DNA of 64,000 nt, taken from assembly GCA_963778655.1 (NCBI GenBank), contig CAVZVA010000009.1:896001-960000 (forward strand), written 5' to 3'. Below, piece after piece: positions 37,701 to 48,000 of this stretch. The translations under genes and the position numbers were made by a program. A model generated the notes under the pieces. The model was not told the DNA's origin. It did no database searches and saw only the letters and a list, made by a program, of their open reading frames with translations. This DNA is from an uncultured delta proteobacterium. GTDB taxonomy: Bacteria; Myxococcota_A; Polyangia; Polyangiales; JAFGIB01. Position 1 is the first letter of the stretch, and the number at the start of each line of letters is the position of its first letter.

Positions 37701-38794
37701 GCAGCGTGCTCGGGATGCGGCGCACGCTGCAGGCTGCCAGCAAGCTGGCGGCGCGCCATCCCGGCTGGAAGCCGCTGTTGCGCACGGTCGAGGGGATGTA
37801 CGCCCTGCTGCGCGGGGAGCCGGCAAACGCGCTCGTGCTTCTCGACGCCGAGCGCGCGCTATCGGGGCGCGTGCGCGCGTTACTTGCGCTGGGGCGCGCC
37901 GAAGAGGCGCATGCGCTGGCGCAGCGAGGGCTCAACGATCCGGGTCGGGAGGGCGATCACCCGTTGTGGTTGCACCGCCTGCGCGCGGCCGCGGCGCTGG
38001 CACGCTCGGCGGCGGGCGACCCGGCCGGCGCGGCGCACGCGCTCGATGGCGACATCGAGCGTGCGGAGGCCGCGGGAGTCGGCGGCATGCTGCTCTGCGG
38101 CATGCACGAGGCGCGCGCCCGAATCGCGATCCAGATGGACGATCGCAGTGCCTTTCGGCGGCACGTGCGCAAGCTCGGCGCGACCTACGGCCGTGGCACC
38201 TCCGCGCTGCGCGCGCGCTACGAGCAGCTCGGCGTGGCCGCGCGCCAGGCGCTGCTCTCCATGCCTCCGCCGCGCTCCGTGCCGGCGCCGAGCTCGCACT
38301 TTTCCGGCGCCTCGTCGGTGCGCTCGCTGCTCGACTCGGCGATGACCCCCTCACAGCGCTTGCAGCTGGCGCTGCAAATCCTGGCCGACCAGGCGAGCTC
38401 GGCGCGCGGCTTTCTGTTCGCCATGCACGGCTCCGGTATGCGCGTGGCAGCCACGTTGGGCGGAGGGCCGCCCCCGGAGGGTCTGGACGACATGCTGGCC
38501 TTCTATCTCAGCGCAGAGCTGGACTCGGGTCCGGCAGCGCCCAGCGCCGCCGCGAGCATCACCGGCACCTTCGCGAGCGCGCCCGACATGGTGGCGTGGA
38601 TCAACGACGGCCACAGCCTCTACTACCCGGTGCTGCTGAGCTGCGTGCGGGGCGAGCGCCGCGTGATCAGCGGCGTTGCCGTGCTCGCGCTGCCGGTCCA
38701 GCGCGACCCCAAGCTGCCGCCGGAGCTCGTCTCCGAGCTGAGCGGCGCGCTGCTCGATGCCGGCGACGTAGTGGGCGTGCAGGCGGCCGACTGA
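34739..38794 (+). CDS. Ser/Thr protein kinase fused to AAA/STAND-like ATPase and helical region
   Basis: GKGGMGTVY, ALK, HRDLSPRN, DFG, GTPPYMAPE, DLYALG; P-loop-like GSAGSGRS, Walker B VAIDDAD, GNP motif. Start uncertain. Confidence 0.88.
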   Translation: MANSQVLASIIPGSLIAGRYTVEHALGKGGMGTVYAVRDASSGRSLALKYLQREAAVEKGPAAALFQREYHTLAHLRHPRVIQVYDYGVDHGRPFYTMELLDGSDLRELAPVQWPRACRLLRDVASSLALLHSRRLLHRDLSPRNVRCTRDGQAKLIDFGTMAPMGLAKDVAGTPPYMAPEAIHGQVLDARTDLYALGALAYWTLTGYDAYPARDARELRQLWPRAILPPSAFAKGVPEALDALVMSLLSLDPQARPSHAAEVIERLTAVAALPPLDQPEVARAYLTSPTLVGHTETLNSFHRRLVRAVRGRGSSVLVRGSAGSGRSRLLQALVLEAKLNGVLVLAADAEDAQRGELGVLRALIERLVEAAPDLAASSFEPYAAVLGGLFRALHARLPNARPTSLLADRRAQLARELQAVREWLLAVSRERALMVAIDDADHADEASRACLTLLAGDAPHACLVVAAALESEQGHEALELLAAGAVHVALRPLDAEQSLRLLRSVFGDVPQLQVVADFIHTLAQGNPRTIMELAQYLVDRSIARYERGTFTLPETLRDQALPKSIEQALSTRIASLSPPARALAEALSLVTDHGHLELDEVVELSGPQGPKQAYGAVDELVASQVLVAAGSKHHLSHRGLAQALQRKLLPERRRLLHLRLAAVYEDRAMRAHGADARLLGAYHRYLGGDMDACLAAIASERLIADSAFRRTAEAAQMYDACVTHFEAAGLPPSRLYPLRKALLWLSSSTDPTMIKHAGPALAQLCHDSGRIYVEEITDEPDPVARIRRCIDRARSTYERADPSQRGLTPVEAIRELGTCTLMLTETYVLNNDAAALARLPDAIDPFRPLSAVLGLLRELASQALEALRGKDVAQRRLALLERLDLPLEGLEPRSQHAIRCSLIYWHAMDEAALGKPAVLERAAELERHPLYAPLGAQVRSVFHLFSGNEEEAERWQRRRERLSLQTPFSNFASTRGIIHEAFGYYLCGSVLGMRRTLQAASKLAARHPGWKPLLRTVEGMYALLRGEPANALVLLDAERALSGRVRALLALGRAEEAHALAQRGLNDPGREGDHPLWLHRLRAAAALARSAAGDPAGAAHALDGDIERAEAAGVGGMLLCGMHEARARIAIQMDDRSAFRRHVRKLGATYGRGTSALRARYEQLGVAARQALLSMPPPRSVPAPSSHFSGASSVRSLLDSAMTPSQRLQLALQILADQASSARGFLFAMHGSGMRVAATLGGGPPPEGLDDMLAFYLSAELDSGPAAPSAAASITGTFASAPDMVAWINDGHSLYYPVLLSCVRGERRVISGVAVLALPVQRDPKLPPELVSELSGALLDAGDVVGVQAAD

Positions 38795-38813
38795 GCGCGG
38801 CCGCCTGACGCCG

Positions 38814-39365
38814 CTATTTGCGCTTGTACGCGAGCTTGTAGCGGATCGCCTTGCTCAGGCGATCGCTCTTGAAGGTCACGCTGCGCTGCAGGGTCTTGCC
38901 GTCGGAGGACAGCGAGTACACGGTCGTCGTCGTGCCCTCGTCCCCGGACGAGACCTCGATCAAGCGCGATCCGTCGAAACGATGGGTGACCTTGATCGTG
39001 TACTTGCCATCCGGGCTCTTGACGTTCTCCGTCTTGCCGTCCTCGGTGGTGACGTTGGGCAGCTCGCCGGTCTTGATGCCGATTTGGCTGCCCTTGACGT
39101 CGATCACGATCACGTCGAAGAAGTGGTCCTCCATCGCCTTCTTGATCATGAAACGCATCACCATGTTGAGGTCGGACAGCCCTTCATCGAGGGCCTTGTC
39201 CACGATGGCGATGCCTTGATCCTTGCTCCCGGCGTACTTGTACTTGCCCGAGAACTTGGCCAGAGCCGGCGGCGACTCGGCGTGGACGAGCGCCACGCCG
39301 CAAATCAAGGTCAGCCCGGCGCTCAGCGCGCACAGCGCGTGGCGCAACCGCCCCCGGCTCGTCAT
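38814..39365 (-). CDS. Secreted hypothetical protein (beta-rich)
   Basis: Signal peptide ending VHA, Lys-rich codon-biased ORF with alternating beta-strand pattern. Confidence 0.7.
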   Translation of the reverse strand: MTSRGRLRHALCALSAGLTLICGVALVHAESPPALAKFSGKYKYAGSKDQGIAIVDKALDEGLSDLNMVMRFMIKKAMEDHFFDVIVIDVKGSQIGIKTGELPNVTTEDGKTENVKSPDGKYTIKVTHRFDGSRLIEVSSGDEGTTTTVYSLSSDGKTLQRSVTFKSDRLSKAIRYKLAYKRK

Positions 39366-39524
39366 CCCTGCTCGCGTTTGCTCCTGCGTCGTTGTCTGCA
39401 CGGCTCGACTCCTCACGTGGGCTTTCGACGGCGCGGCCCCCGTTCTTGTTCAATCGCGACTGGTTTCAGGTGGTTCCAAAGCTTGCGACATCCTCGAAGC
39501 GAAGCGCATCGGCGCCGGCCCGGC

Positions 39525-40784
39525 CTACGGCGCGCCCCCTAGGGAGCACGCAGGCGAGACGGCCGAATGACTGCTCTTGACCGCCTTGATCCACTCGTCG
39601 GCACACTGGGCGCTGGCCTTGTCCTTCTTGGCCTCGCCCAGCGAGGCCAGTGCGGCGTCCTTGCGCTTGGTCTTGTAGTGGGCGATGCCGAGCAGCAGGT
39701 GGGCCTCGCCGGCCGCCTTCAGGCCGCCAAGCTGGAAGGCCTTGCTTAGCGCGTCGCGCGCCTTCGTCCACTTGCCGCGGACCAATTCGAGCCGCCCAAT
39801 CTCCTGATACAGGTTGCCCGAGCCGACACCGTCGCCGGCGCGGGCCAGCACGGCCTCGGCGTGTTCCACGTCCTTGCCGGCCACCCAGCAGGTGGCGAGC
39901 AGATCGAGGTTCTCCGGCGACTTGCTGACCTTGCCGGCGCTCATCTGCTTGTCGAGCAGCGCCGCGCCCTTCAGCGCGGCGCCCGCTCGCAGGTACATCC
40001 GCGCGAGATTGACCAGGTCCTTCTCCTCGGTCAGCAGACCCTTGCCGTTCGCGGTCTCGAGCGTGGCCAGCGCCTTGTCTTCCTTGCCCATCGCTTCGTA
40101 GGTGGCGGAGAGCTGGAGCCAGTACTCCTTCTTGGGGAAGCTCGCGACCAGGCGCTCGAGCACCGCGGCCACCTGCGGATCCTGCTTGAGCTCGTAGTGC
40201 AGCGAGAGCAGCAGCTGCAGCCAGGGCTCCTTGGGCTCCTTCATGCCGGCGACGGCCTTCTTGGCGTAGGGCAGGCCCTCGGCAAAACGGTGTGCTTGGG
40301 CGAAGGCGCTCGCGATCAGGTAGTAGTTGTCTGGCGTGGGGCTCTTGGCCCGCTTCTCCCACTTCGCGAAGGCGTCCGCCGACTCGGAAAAGCGCTCGGC
40401 CGTAAAATAGGCCTCGGCCAGGTTGAACTCGGCGTCGAGCTGCTGGGCCTCGGGCATGGCATGGGGCGCGACCGCCTGCTCCATGTCCTTGACCACCTCG
40501 TCTGTCTTGTTCATTGCGAAGTGAATGCCGGCCCGCGCCGACCACAGCATCGCCCGCTCGTAGGGGTTGAGGTACTTGTGCTCGGCGATGCGATCGAGCG
40601 CCGCCAGCGCTTCGGCCCACTTCTTGTCCTGCGCGAGCTCGCCGACCTTCTTGAGCTGCTCGGCGACCTTCAGCGTGATCGTGTACTGCGGTTTCTCACT
40701 GTCGCTGCCCTTGCCGCTGTGCGCGCAACCGAGCAAGCACGCGGCGGTCAGACCCAAGCAGACGAGCTGGCGAAGTAGCGGCAT
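39525..40784 (-). CDS. Tetratricopeptide-repeat lipoprotein
   Basis: Lipobox LLGC, repeated TPR-like helices (YWLQLSATY, AHLLLGIAHY); GAGGAG RBS. Confidence 0.82.
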   Translation of the reverse strand: MPLLRQLVCLGLTAACLLGCAHSGKGSDSEKPQYTITLKVAEQLKKVGELAQDKKWAEALAALDRIAEHKYLNPYERAMLWSARAGIHFAMNKTDEVVKDMEQAVAPHAMPEAQQLDAEFNLAEAYFTAERFSESADAFAKWEKRAKSPTPDNYYLIASAFAQAHRFAEGLPYAKKAVAGMKEPKEPWLQLLLSLHYELKQDPQVAAVLERLVASFPKKEYWLQLSATYEAMGKEDKALATLETANGKGLLTEEKDLVNLARMYLRAGAALKGAALLDKQMSAGKVSKSPENLDLLATCWVAGKDVEHAEAVLARAGDGVGSGNLYQEIGRLELVRGKWTKARDALSKAFQLGGLKAAGEAHLLLGIAHYKTKRKDAALASLGEAKKDKASAQCADEWIKAVKSSHSAVSPACSLGGAP

Positions 40785-41100
40785 GGCTCTCCTCGAACCC
40801 AGGGTGACGCGCAGCGTGGGCCCGACGTCGTGGCCGGCGCGAGCACGCCCGGCGCCGTGTCTGGCTCCACGTATGCGCGTGATGTGGGGAAGGGTAGTGG
40901 ACGCGCGCGCCGTGGATCAAGGACGCGCGCGAGCAGGCGCGTTCGAAATTTAATTCAAAATTCGGCGCGGGCCGGCGCCCGCCCTTCGGGCGCCCTCGGG
41001 CGCCCTCCGCCGCAGCCTCGTGGCGATCGTCTAACTCAATGAGATCGCACTCGTTTTTTCTCTTCGCCGGGTCCGCGAGATTCTGCTAAGGTACGCGCGA

Positions 41101-41901
41101 TTGAAGCCGGGGCCGACCTGCACCGCAGGGGCGGCGCGGGCCCCCGGCGTGCTGCAGCGAGACGAGGTCGTGCCTCACACGATGTTCACAGACGGGTTTC
41201 TGGAGACCGTGCGCCGCTGGGACGGCACCCTGCTCGGCCCGAGCGCCGAGAACCGGCGGCTCGAGGGCGTTCGCGTGTTCAAGAGCGACTGGTTCGAGCG
41301 CTACTTCGCGCAAGCCCACCCGATCATGCCCGGCGTGTTCTGGGGGCCGATCATCGCGACCTGCATCTATGCGACCGCGGCCGATCCGCGCTTCGAGGTG
41401 CTCACGGCGCTCTCGGGCTTCGTGCTCGGTCTGCTGGCGTGGACGCTGCTCGAGTACTTGCTGCACCGCTACGTCTTCCACCTCAGTCCCGACAACAGCT
41501 TCGAGAGCAAGCTGCGCCAGTTCATGGTCCACGGCTACCATCACGAGTTTCCCAACGACCGCATGCGCCTGGTCGCGCCGCTGCTGCTCAGCCTGCCGAT
41601 CGCGGTGGTGATCTTGCTGCTCTACGTGATGGTGCTCGGCCGCTACCACTTCATGATGTGCTTCGCCGGGACCGCGGCCGGATACGTCGCCTACGACTGG
41701 ACGCACTACTACACCCACCACTTCCGCCCGACCACGCGGGTCGGTCGCTTCCTGCGGCGCTACCATATGGAGCACCACTACAAGGACAGCGAGTCGCACT
41801 TCGGCATCAGCTCGCCGCTCTGGGATTGGGTGTTTGGAACGGCCAAGGGCCGTAGCGACGCCTCAGGTCCCGATCAAACGATCGCCACGACCGACGCGTA
41901 G
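41101..41901 (+). CDS. Fatty acid hydroxylase/sterol desaturase family (FA2H/Scs7-like)
   Basis: EYLLHRYVFH, HGYHH, RLV, YDWTHYYTHH, YHMEHHY, FGISSPLWD.VFGT. Start could be ATG 41182. Confidence 0.88.
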   Translation: MKPGPTCTAGAARAPGVLQRDEVVPHTMFTDGFLETVRRWDGTLLGPSAENRRLEGVRVFKSDWFERYFAQAHPIMPGVFWGPIIATCIYATAADPRFEVLTALSGFVLGLLAWTLLEYLLHRYVFHLSPDNSFESKLRQFMVHGYHHEFPNDRMRLVAPLLLSLPIAVVILLLYVMVLGRYHFMMCFAGTAAGYVAYDWTHYYTHHFRPTTRVGRFLRRYHMEHHYKDSESHFGISSPLWDWVFGTAKGRSDASGPDQTIATTDA

Positions 41902-42025
41902 CTGCCCGCCGCGCGGAGCCGGTGCCGCACGGGCGGCGTGCTTGACGGCCCGCGTCCAGCGTGGAAATGAGCGGGCGGGAGGGCCGCGTGACCCTGGCGG
42001 TCCCAAGAGCTTGGAGAGCAGGACG

Positions 42026-43144
42026 ATGAGAGTCGGGTTCATTGGCTGGCGCGGCATGGTCGGATCAGTGTTGATGCAGCGCATGCGCGAGCAGGGCGAC
42101 TTTGCCGGGCTCGAGCCCAGTTTCTTTTCGACCTCCGCGGCGGGCGGGGAGGGCCCCCGCATCGACGGCCGCAGCCACGCGCTGCTCGACGCCTATGACC
42201 TCGCTGCCTTGCACAAGCTGCCGGTGCTGGTGAGCTGTCAGGGCAGCGAGCACACCCAGGAGGTCTACCCGCGCCTGCGCGCCGAGGGCTGGGACGGGTA
42301 CTTCATCGATGCTGCCAGGGCGCTGCGCATGAACGACGACGCGGTGCTGGTCCTCGACCCGGTCAACCGCAAGGTGATCGACGCCGGGCTGGCGCGTGGG
42401 ATCAAGACGTTCTGCGGCCCCAACTGCACCGTCAGCCTGATGTTGATGGCGATCGACGGGCTGCTCAAGGCCGGGCTGGTCGAGTGGGTGAGCAGCATGA
42501 CCTACCAGGCCGCCTCCGGGGCCGGGGCGCAGACCATGCGCGAGCTGATCGCGCAGATGGCGATGGTCGGCGAGGCGGCGCGCCCGCTGCTGGAGGATCC
42601 CGCGATCGGGGCGCTCGAGATCGACGCGCGCGTGCTGCAGACCATCCGCAGCCCGGAGCTGCCGATCGAGCACTGCGGCGCGCCGCTGGCCGCGAGCCTG
42701 ATTCCGTGGATCGACAAGGCCGTCGAAGGCGGGCAGACGCTGGAGGAGTGGAAGGCGCACGCCGAGGGCAACAAGATCCTGGGCGCGTCGCCGGAGATCC
42801 CGTTCGACGGCGCGTGCGTGCGGGTCGGCGCGATGCGCTGTCACTCGCAGGGCCTGACCATCAAGCTCAAGCGCGACGTGCCGCTGCCGGACGTGACGGC
42901 ACAGCTGGCCGCGGGCAATCCCTGGGTCCGGGTGGTGCAAAACGAGCGCGCCGAGACGCTGCAGCAGCTCACCCCGGCGGCCGTGAGCGGCCGGCTCGAG
43001 GTGGCGATCGGCCGCATTCGCAAGCTGCGCATGGGGCCCGAGTACCTGACCGCGTTCACGGTGGGTGACCAGCTGTTGTGGGGTGCCGCGGAGCCTCTGC
43101 GGCGTATGCTCGGGATCCTGCGCGAGCACCTCGGCAGCGCTTGA
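42026..43144 (+). CDS. asd: Aspartate-semialdehyde dehydrogenase
   Basis: GWRGMVGSVL, NCTVSLM, TYQAASGAGA, SLIPWID, RCHSQ, VGDQLLWGAAEPL. Confidence 0.96.
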   Translation: MRVGFIGWRGMVGSVLMQRMREQGDFAGLEPSFFSTSAAGGEGPRIDGRSHALLDAYDLAALHKLPVLVSCQGSEHTQEVYPRLRAEGWDGYFIDAARALRMNDDAVLVLDPVNRKVIDAGLARGIKTFCGPNCTVSLMLMAIDGLLKAGLVEWVSSMTYQAASGAGAQTMRELIAQMAMVGEAARPLLEDPAIGALEIDARVLQTIRSPELPIEHCGAPLAASLIPWIDKAVEGGQTLEEWKAHAEGNKILGASPEIPFDGACVRVGAMRCHSQGLTIKLKRDVPLPDVTAQLAAGNPWVRVVQNERAETLQQLTPAAVSGRLEVAIGRIRKLRMGPEYLTAFTVGDQLLWGAAEPLRRMLGILREHLGSA

Positions 43145-43321
43145 GCCGAGGCCGGCCCGGGCCCGCGCGAGCCGATCAGGCGCGCTAATCGCACGAAACT
43201 ACTGGCTGATCCTTGCAAAGTCGGGCCCGGGTCCGTGCCGCTGCAAGGGAGCACGGGGAGCAGCCCAAGTCTTCCGGGGATACTGGACAAGTCTTCCGCA
43301 GCCTGGCTAGGATGTCCTCAT

Positions 43322-43726
43322 ATGGGGACACGAGACGACGGCGGGCGGTTGAAGTCGGGCTCAGATGCGCCGGGGGGATTCGAGGAGCGCGGCACGGACG
43401 CCGGAGCCCTGCCCTCGTATTGGCCCAAGCGCATGACCGAGGCGGTGCTGGCCGAGTCCGCCAGTCCCAGCTGGAGCAACGCCGCGGAGCCCGAGGAGCC
43501 GCTCTGGGAGCGTTGGTTCGAACGCGCGCTCGAGGAAGGGGTCGACGAGGAGCTGGCGAGCCTGGGCCGCAGGTTGATGCGGCAGGCCCGCCGGCAGCGC
43601 TGGGACCGCGAGCGCCGCGCCGAGTGCGGCTGGCTCGACCAGGGCGATGCCATGCTCGAGCTCGCCCTGCTCGACAGCGAGCGCGCGCGCGCCCGCTGGC
43701 AAGCCTTACTCGACGGCGAGCAGTGA
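43322..43726 (+). CDS. Hypothetical protein
   Basis: Fills the gap between asd and pcaF; helical, Trp/Glu/Arg-rich; no recognised motif. Confidence 0.5.
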   Translation: MGTRDDGGRLKSGSDAPGGFEERGTDAGALPSYWPKRMTEAVLAESASPSWSNAAEPEEPLWERWFERALEEGVDEELASLGRRLMRQARRQRWDRERRAECGWLDQGDAMLELALLDSERARARWQALLDGEQ

Positions 43727-43727
43727 C

Positions 43728-44933
<1,206 letters not shown>

Positions 44934-45045
44934 GGTCTTCTCCGAAAAGGGCACCGGCCGCGCCGGCCCGGGGGCCCGACTTTCCAAGCTCTAGCACACG
45001 GGGGCCCCGGCGCGGAGGCCTGCGCGGCCTGACGGGCGGGCGGCT

Positions 45046-48000
45046 ATGCCCTATCATGGGACGAACCAGATCGGCTGGCTCATGAGCACCCTGCCGCGCA
45101 CCGTTCCGAGCCCCAGCACGATGTCGTTCGTCAGCGGCCGCTTCGAGATCAAGCGCCGGCTGGGCGAGGGCAGCATGGGGGCGGTCTACCTGGCCTTCGA
45201 CCGCGAGCGAGGCGCGGACGTGGCGCTCAAGACCTTGCGGCGCGTGGACGCGGTAGGCATCTACCGCTTCAAGCGCGAGTTCCGCGCGCTCTCCGATGTG
45301 ATCCACCCCAACCTGGTCGCGCTCTACGACCTGTTTCAGGAGGGCGACCTCTGGTACTTCACCATGGAGCACGTGCAGGGAGTCGACTTCCTGCGCTACG
45401 TGCACGGCGCTTCGCACAGTCAAGGCGCATGGCAAACGCCGCGCTCGACCCCGGAGGGCGCCGCCTTCGTGGCGCCGGTGCAGGGCGGCCCGCGCGAGCC
45501 GCAGACCCGCGGGCTCGAGCTGCTCTTTCCTTCACCGCTGCAAGACGAGGACCGGCTGCGAGAGGTGCTGATCCAGATCGCGCGCGGCCTGCTCGCGATC
45601 CACGCCGCAGGCAAGCTCCACCGCGACCTCAAGTCCGACAACGTGATCGTCAGCAGCGATGGACGCGCCAAGGTGCTCGACTTCGGCATCGTGATCGATC
45701 GCGCGCCTGGGCCGCACGGCACGCTCGAGCTCGGGGTGATGGGCACGCCGGCGTACATGTCGCCCGAGCAGGCCGCGGGGCGGCCCGTCGACGAGTCGAC
45801 CGACTGGTACGCGTTCGGGGTGATGTTGTACGAGGCGCTCACCGGCAACGTGCCCTTCGACGGCAGCTACCTCGACGTGATGAGCCAGAAGCAGCACATC
45901 GATCCCACGCCGCCGTCGCAGGTGGTGAGCTCGGTGCCGCACGACCTCGACGACTTGTGCCTGCGGCTGCTGCTGCGTGACCCCAGCGCGCGCCCGCAGG
46001 GGCTTGCGGTGCTGCGAGCGCTCGAGCACCGGCGTCCGCCGTCCCTGCGGCCGCCGGCGGCCGCGGTCCCCTCCAGCTCGAGCGTGCCGGCCGAGCCCGA
46101 CGCGCCGTTCGTGGGTCGTGCCGACGAGCTGGTCGCGCTGCGACGTCATCTCGGCGAGACCGATCGCGGCCGGCCCGTGGTCACGTTGGTGCAAGGGCCG
46201 TCGGGCATCGGCAAGACCACGCTGGTCGAGCGCTTCATCGCCGAGGTGCGGGCGGACCGCGACGCGGTCGTGCTCAAGGGCCGCTGCTACGAGCGCGAGG
46301 CGGTGCCGTTCAAGGCGTTCGACAGTCTGATCGACGCGCTGAGCCGGCACTTGCGGCGGCTGCCGGGCGTGGAGGCGGCTGAGATCCTGCCGCGCGACAT
46401 CCTGGCCTTGGCGCACCTGTTTCCGGTGCTCAAGCGCGTGGACGTGGTGGCTGCCGCGCGCCGCCGCGCGGGCTTGCCGCTGGATCGGCAGGAGATTCGG
46501 CGCCGCGCCTTTTCGGCGCTCAAGGAGCTGCTCTGCCGGCTGGCGGATCGCGCGCCGCTGCTGCTGTTCATCGACGACCTGCAGTGGGGCGACATGGACA
46601 GCGCACAGCTGATTAGCGAGCTGATCGCGGGCGCCGACGCGCCGGCGATGCTGCTGCTGCTGGCGCACCGCAGCAGCGAGACCACCGAGAGCCCGTGCCT
46701 GCAGGCGCTGTCCGAGCACGTCCGCGACAGCGAGGAGCTGGAGGTCCACGATCTCCAGCTGCGGCCGCTCAGCGAGCAGGAGAGTGTCGAGCTCGCCCGG
46801 CAGCTTTTGGGACCGGCCGTCGCCGGCGCCGCCAGCGGGGTCGGGCTGGAATCGCGCGGCAGCCCGCACCTGCTCACCGAGCTGGCGCGCCACGTGCTGC
46901 TGCGGCGCAGCGCCGGCACCGCCTCGCCCGACACCCAGCGCGGGCTGGTCACCTTCGAGCGCGCGTTGATGAAGCGCGTCGCAGAGCTCAGCCCGGGGGC
47001 GCGCACCTTGCTCGAGCTGCTGTCGGTCGCGGGCCGGCCGGTGCTCGAGGAGAGCCTGCAGCTGGTCTCGAGCTTCGACATCGACCTGCAGCAGGCGGTG
47101 ACCGAGCTGCGCGGGGCGAAGCTGGTGCGCGGAGTCGGCACCCACGCACAGCGCGCGATCGAGACCTACCACGACCGCATTCGCGAGGCCGTGGTGGCCG
47201 CGCTCGAGCCCGTGCAGCTCGAGCTATGGCACAAGCGCCTGGCCAGCACGCTGGAGGCGACCGGCTCGGGCGACCTCGAGGCGATCGTCGAGCACCTGCT
47301 CGGCGGCGGTGACAGCAAGCGCGCGCAGATCTACGCCATCCGCGCGGCCACCCAGGCGGCCGAGGCTCTCGCGTTCGAGAAGGCGGCGCGATTGTTCGCG
47401 ATTGCGGTCGAAAACCAGGACGATCAGGGCTGGAGCCACGAGCTGCTGGTGCGTTGGGCCGATTCGCTGGTCAACGCCGGCCACGCGCGGCGCGCCGCAG
47501 CGGTGTATTTCGACGCGGCCCATTCGGCGCCGGAGCCCGAGGCCAAGGTGTTGCGGCGCAAGGCCGGGCTGCAGCTGCTGGCCAGCGGCCACGAGGAAGA
47601 GGCGCTCGAGCTGCTCGGCGGCACGCTGCAGCAGCTGGGCGTGGACATTCCCGCAAGCGCGGAGGCAGGCGCGGCCCAGCTCTTGGTGCTGCGGGCGCGG
47701 ATCGGCGAGCGCGGCTTCGGGCTCGGCGCCGCGCGCGCGGAGCGCTCCGCGGCCGATCTCGAGCGGGTCGACATGCTGTGGACGCTCACCCTCAGCATGA
47801 CGCAGACCGATCCGGATCGTGCCCTGCAGCTGGTCGCGCGCCACCTGCTCGAGGCGCTGGAGCTCGGCGACCCGGCGCGCGCGGTGCGCGCCCTGTGCCT
47901 GTATCACAACGCGATCGACGCGCCGCTGAGCGCGCTCGAGGGGCGTGCGCCGCAGGGCGCGCTCGCGGCTGCCGAGGCGCTCGAGCGGAGTCTCGGCCTG

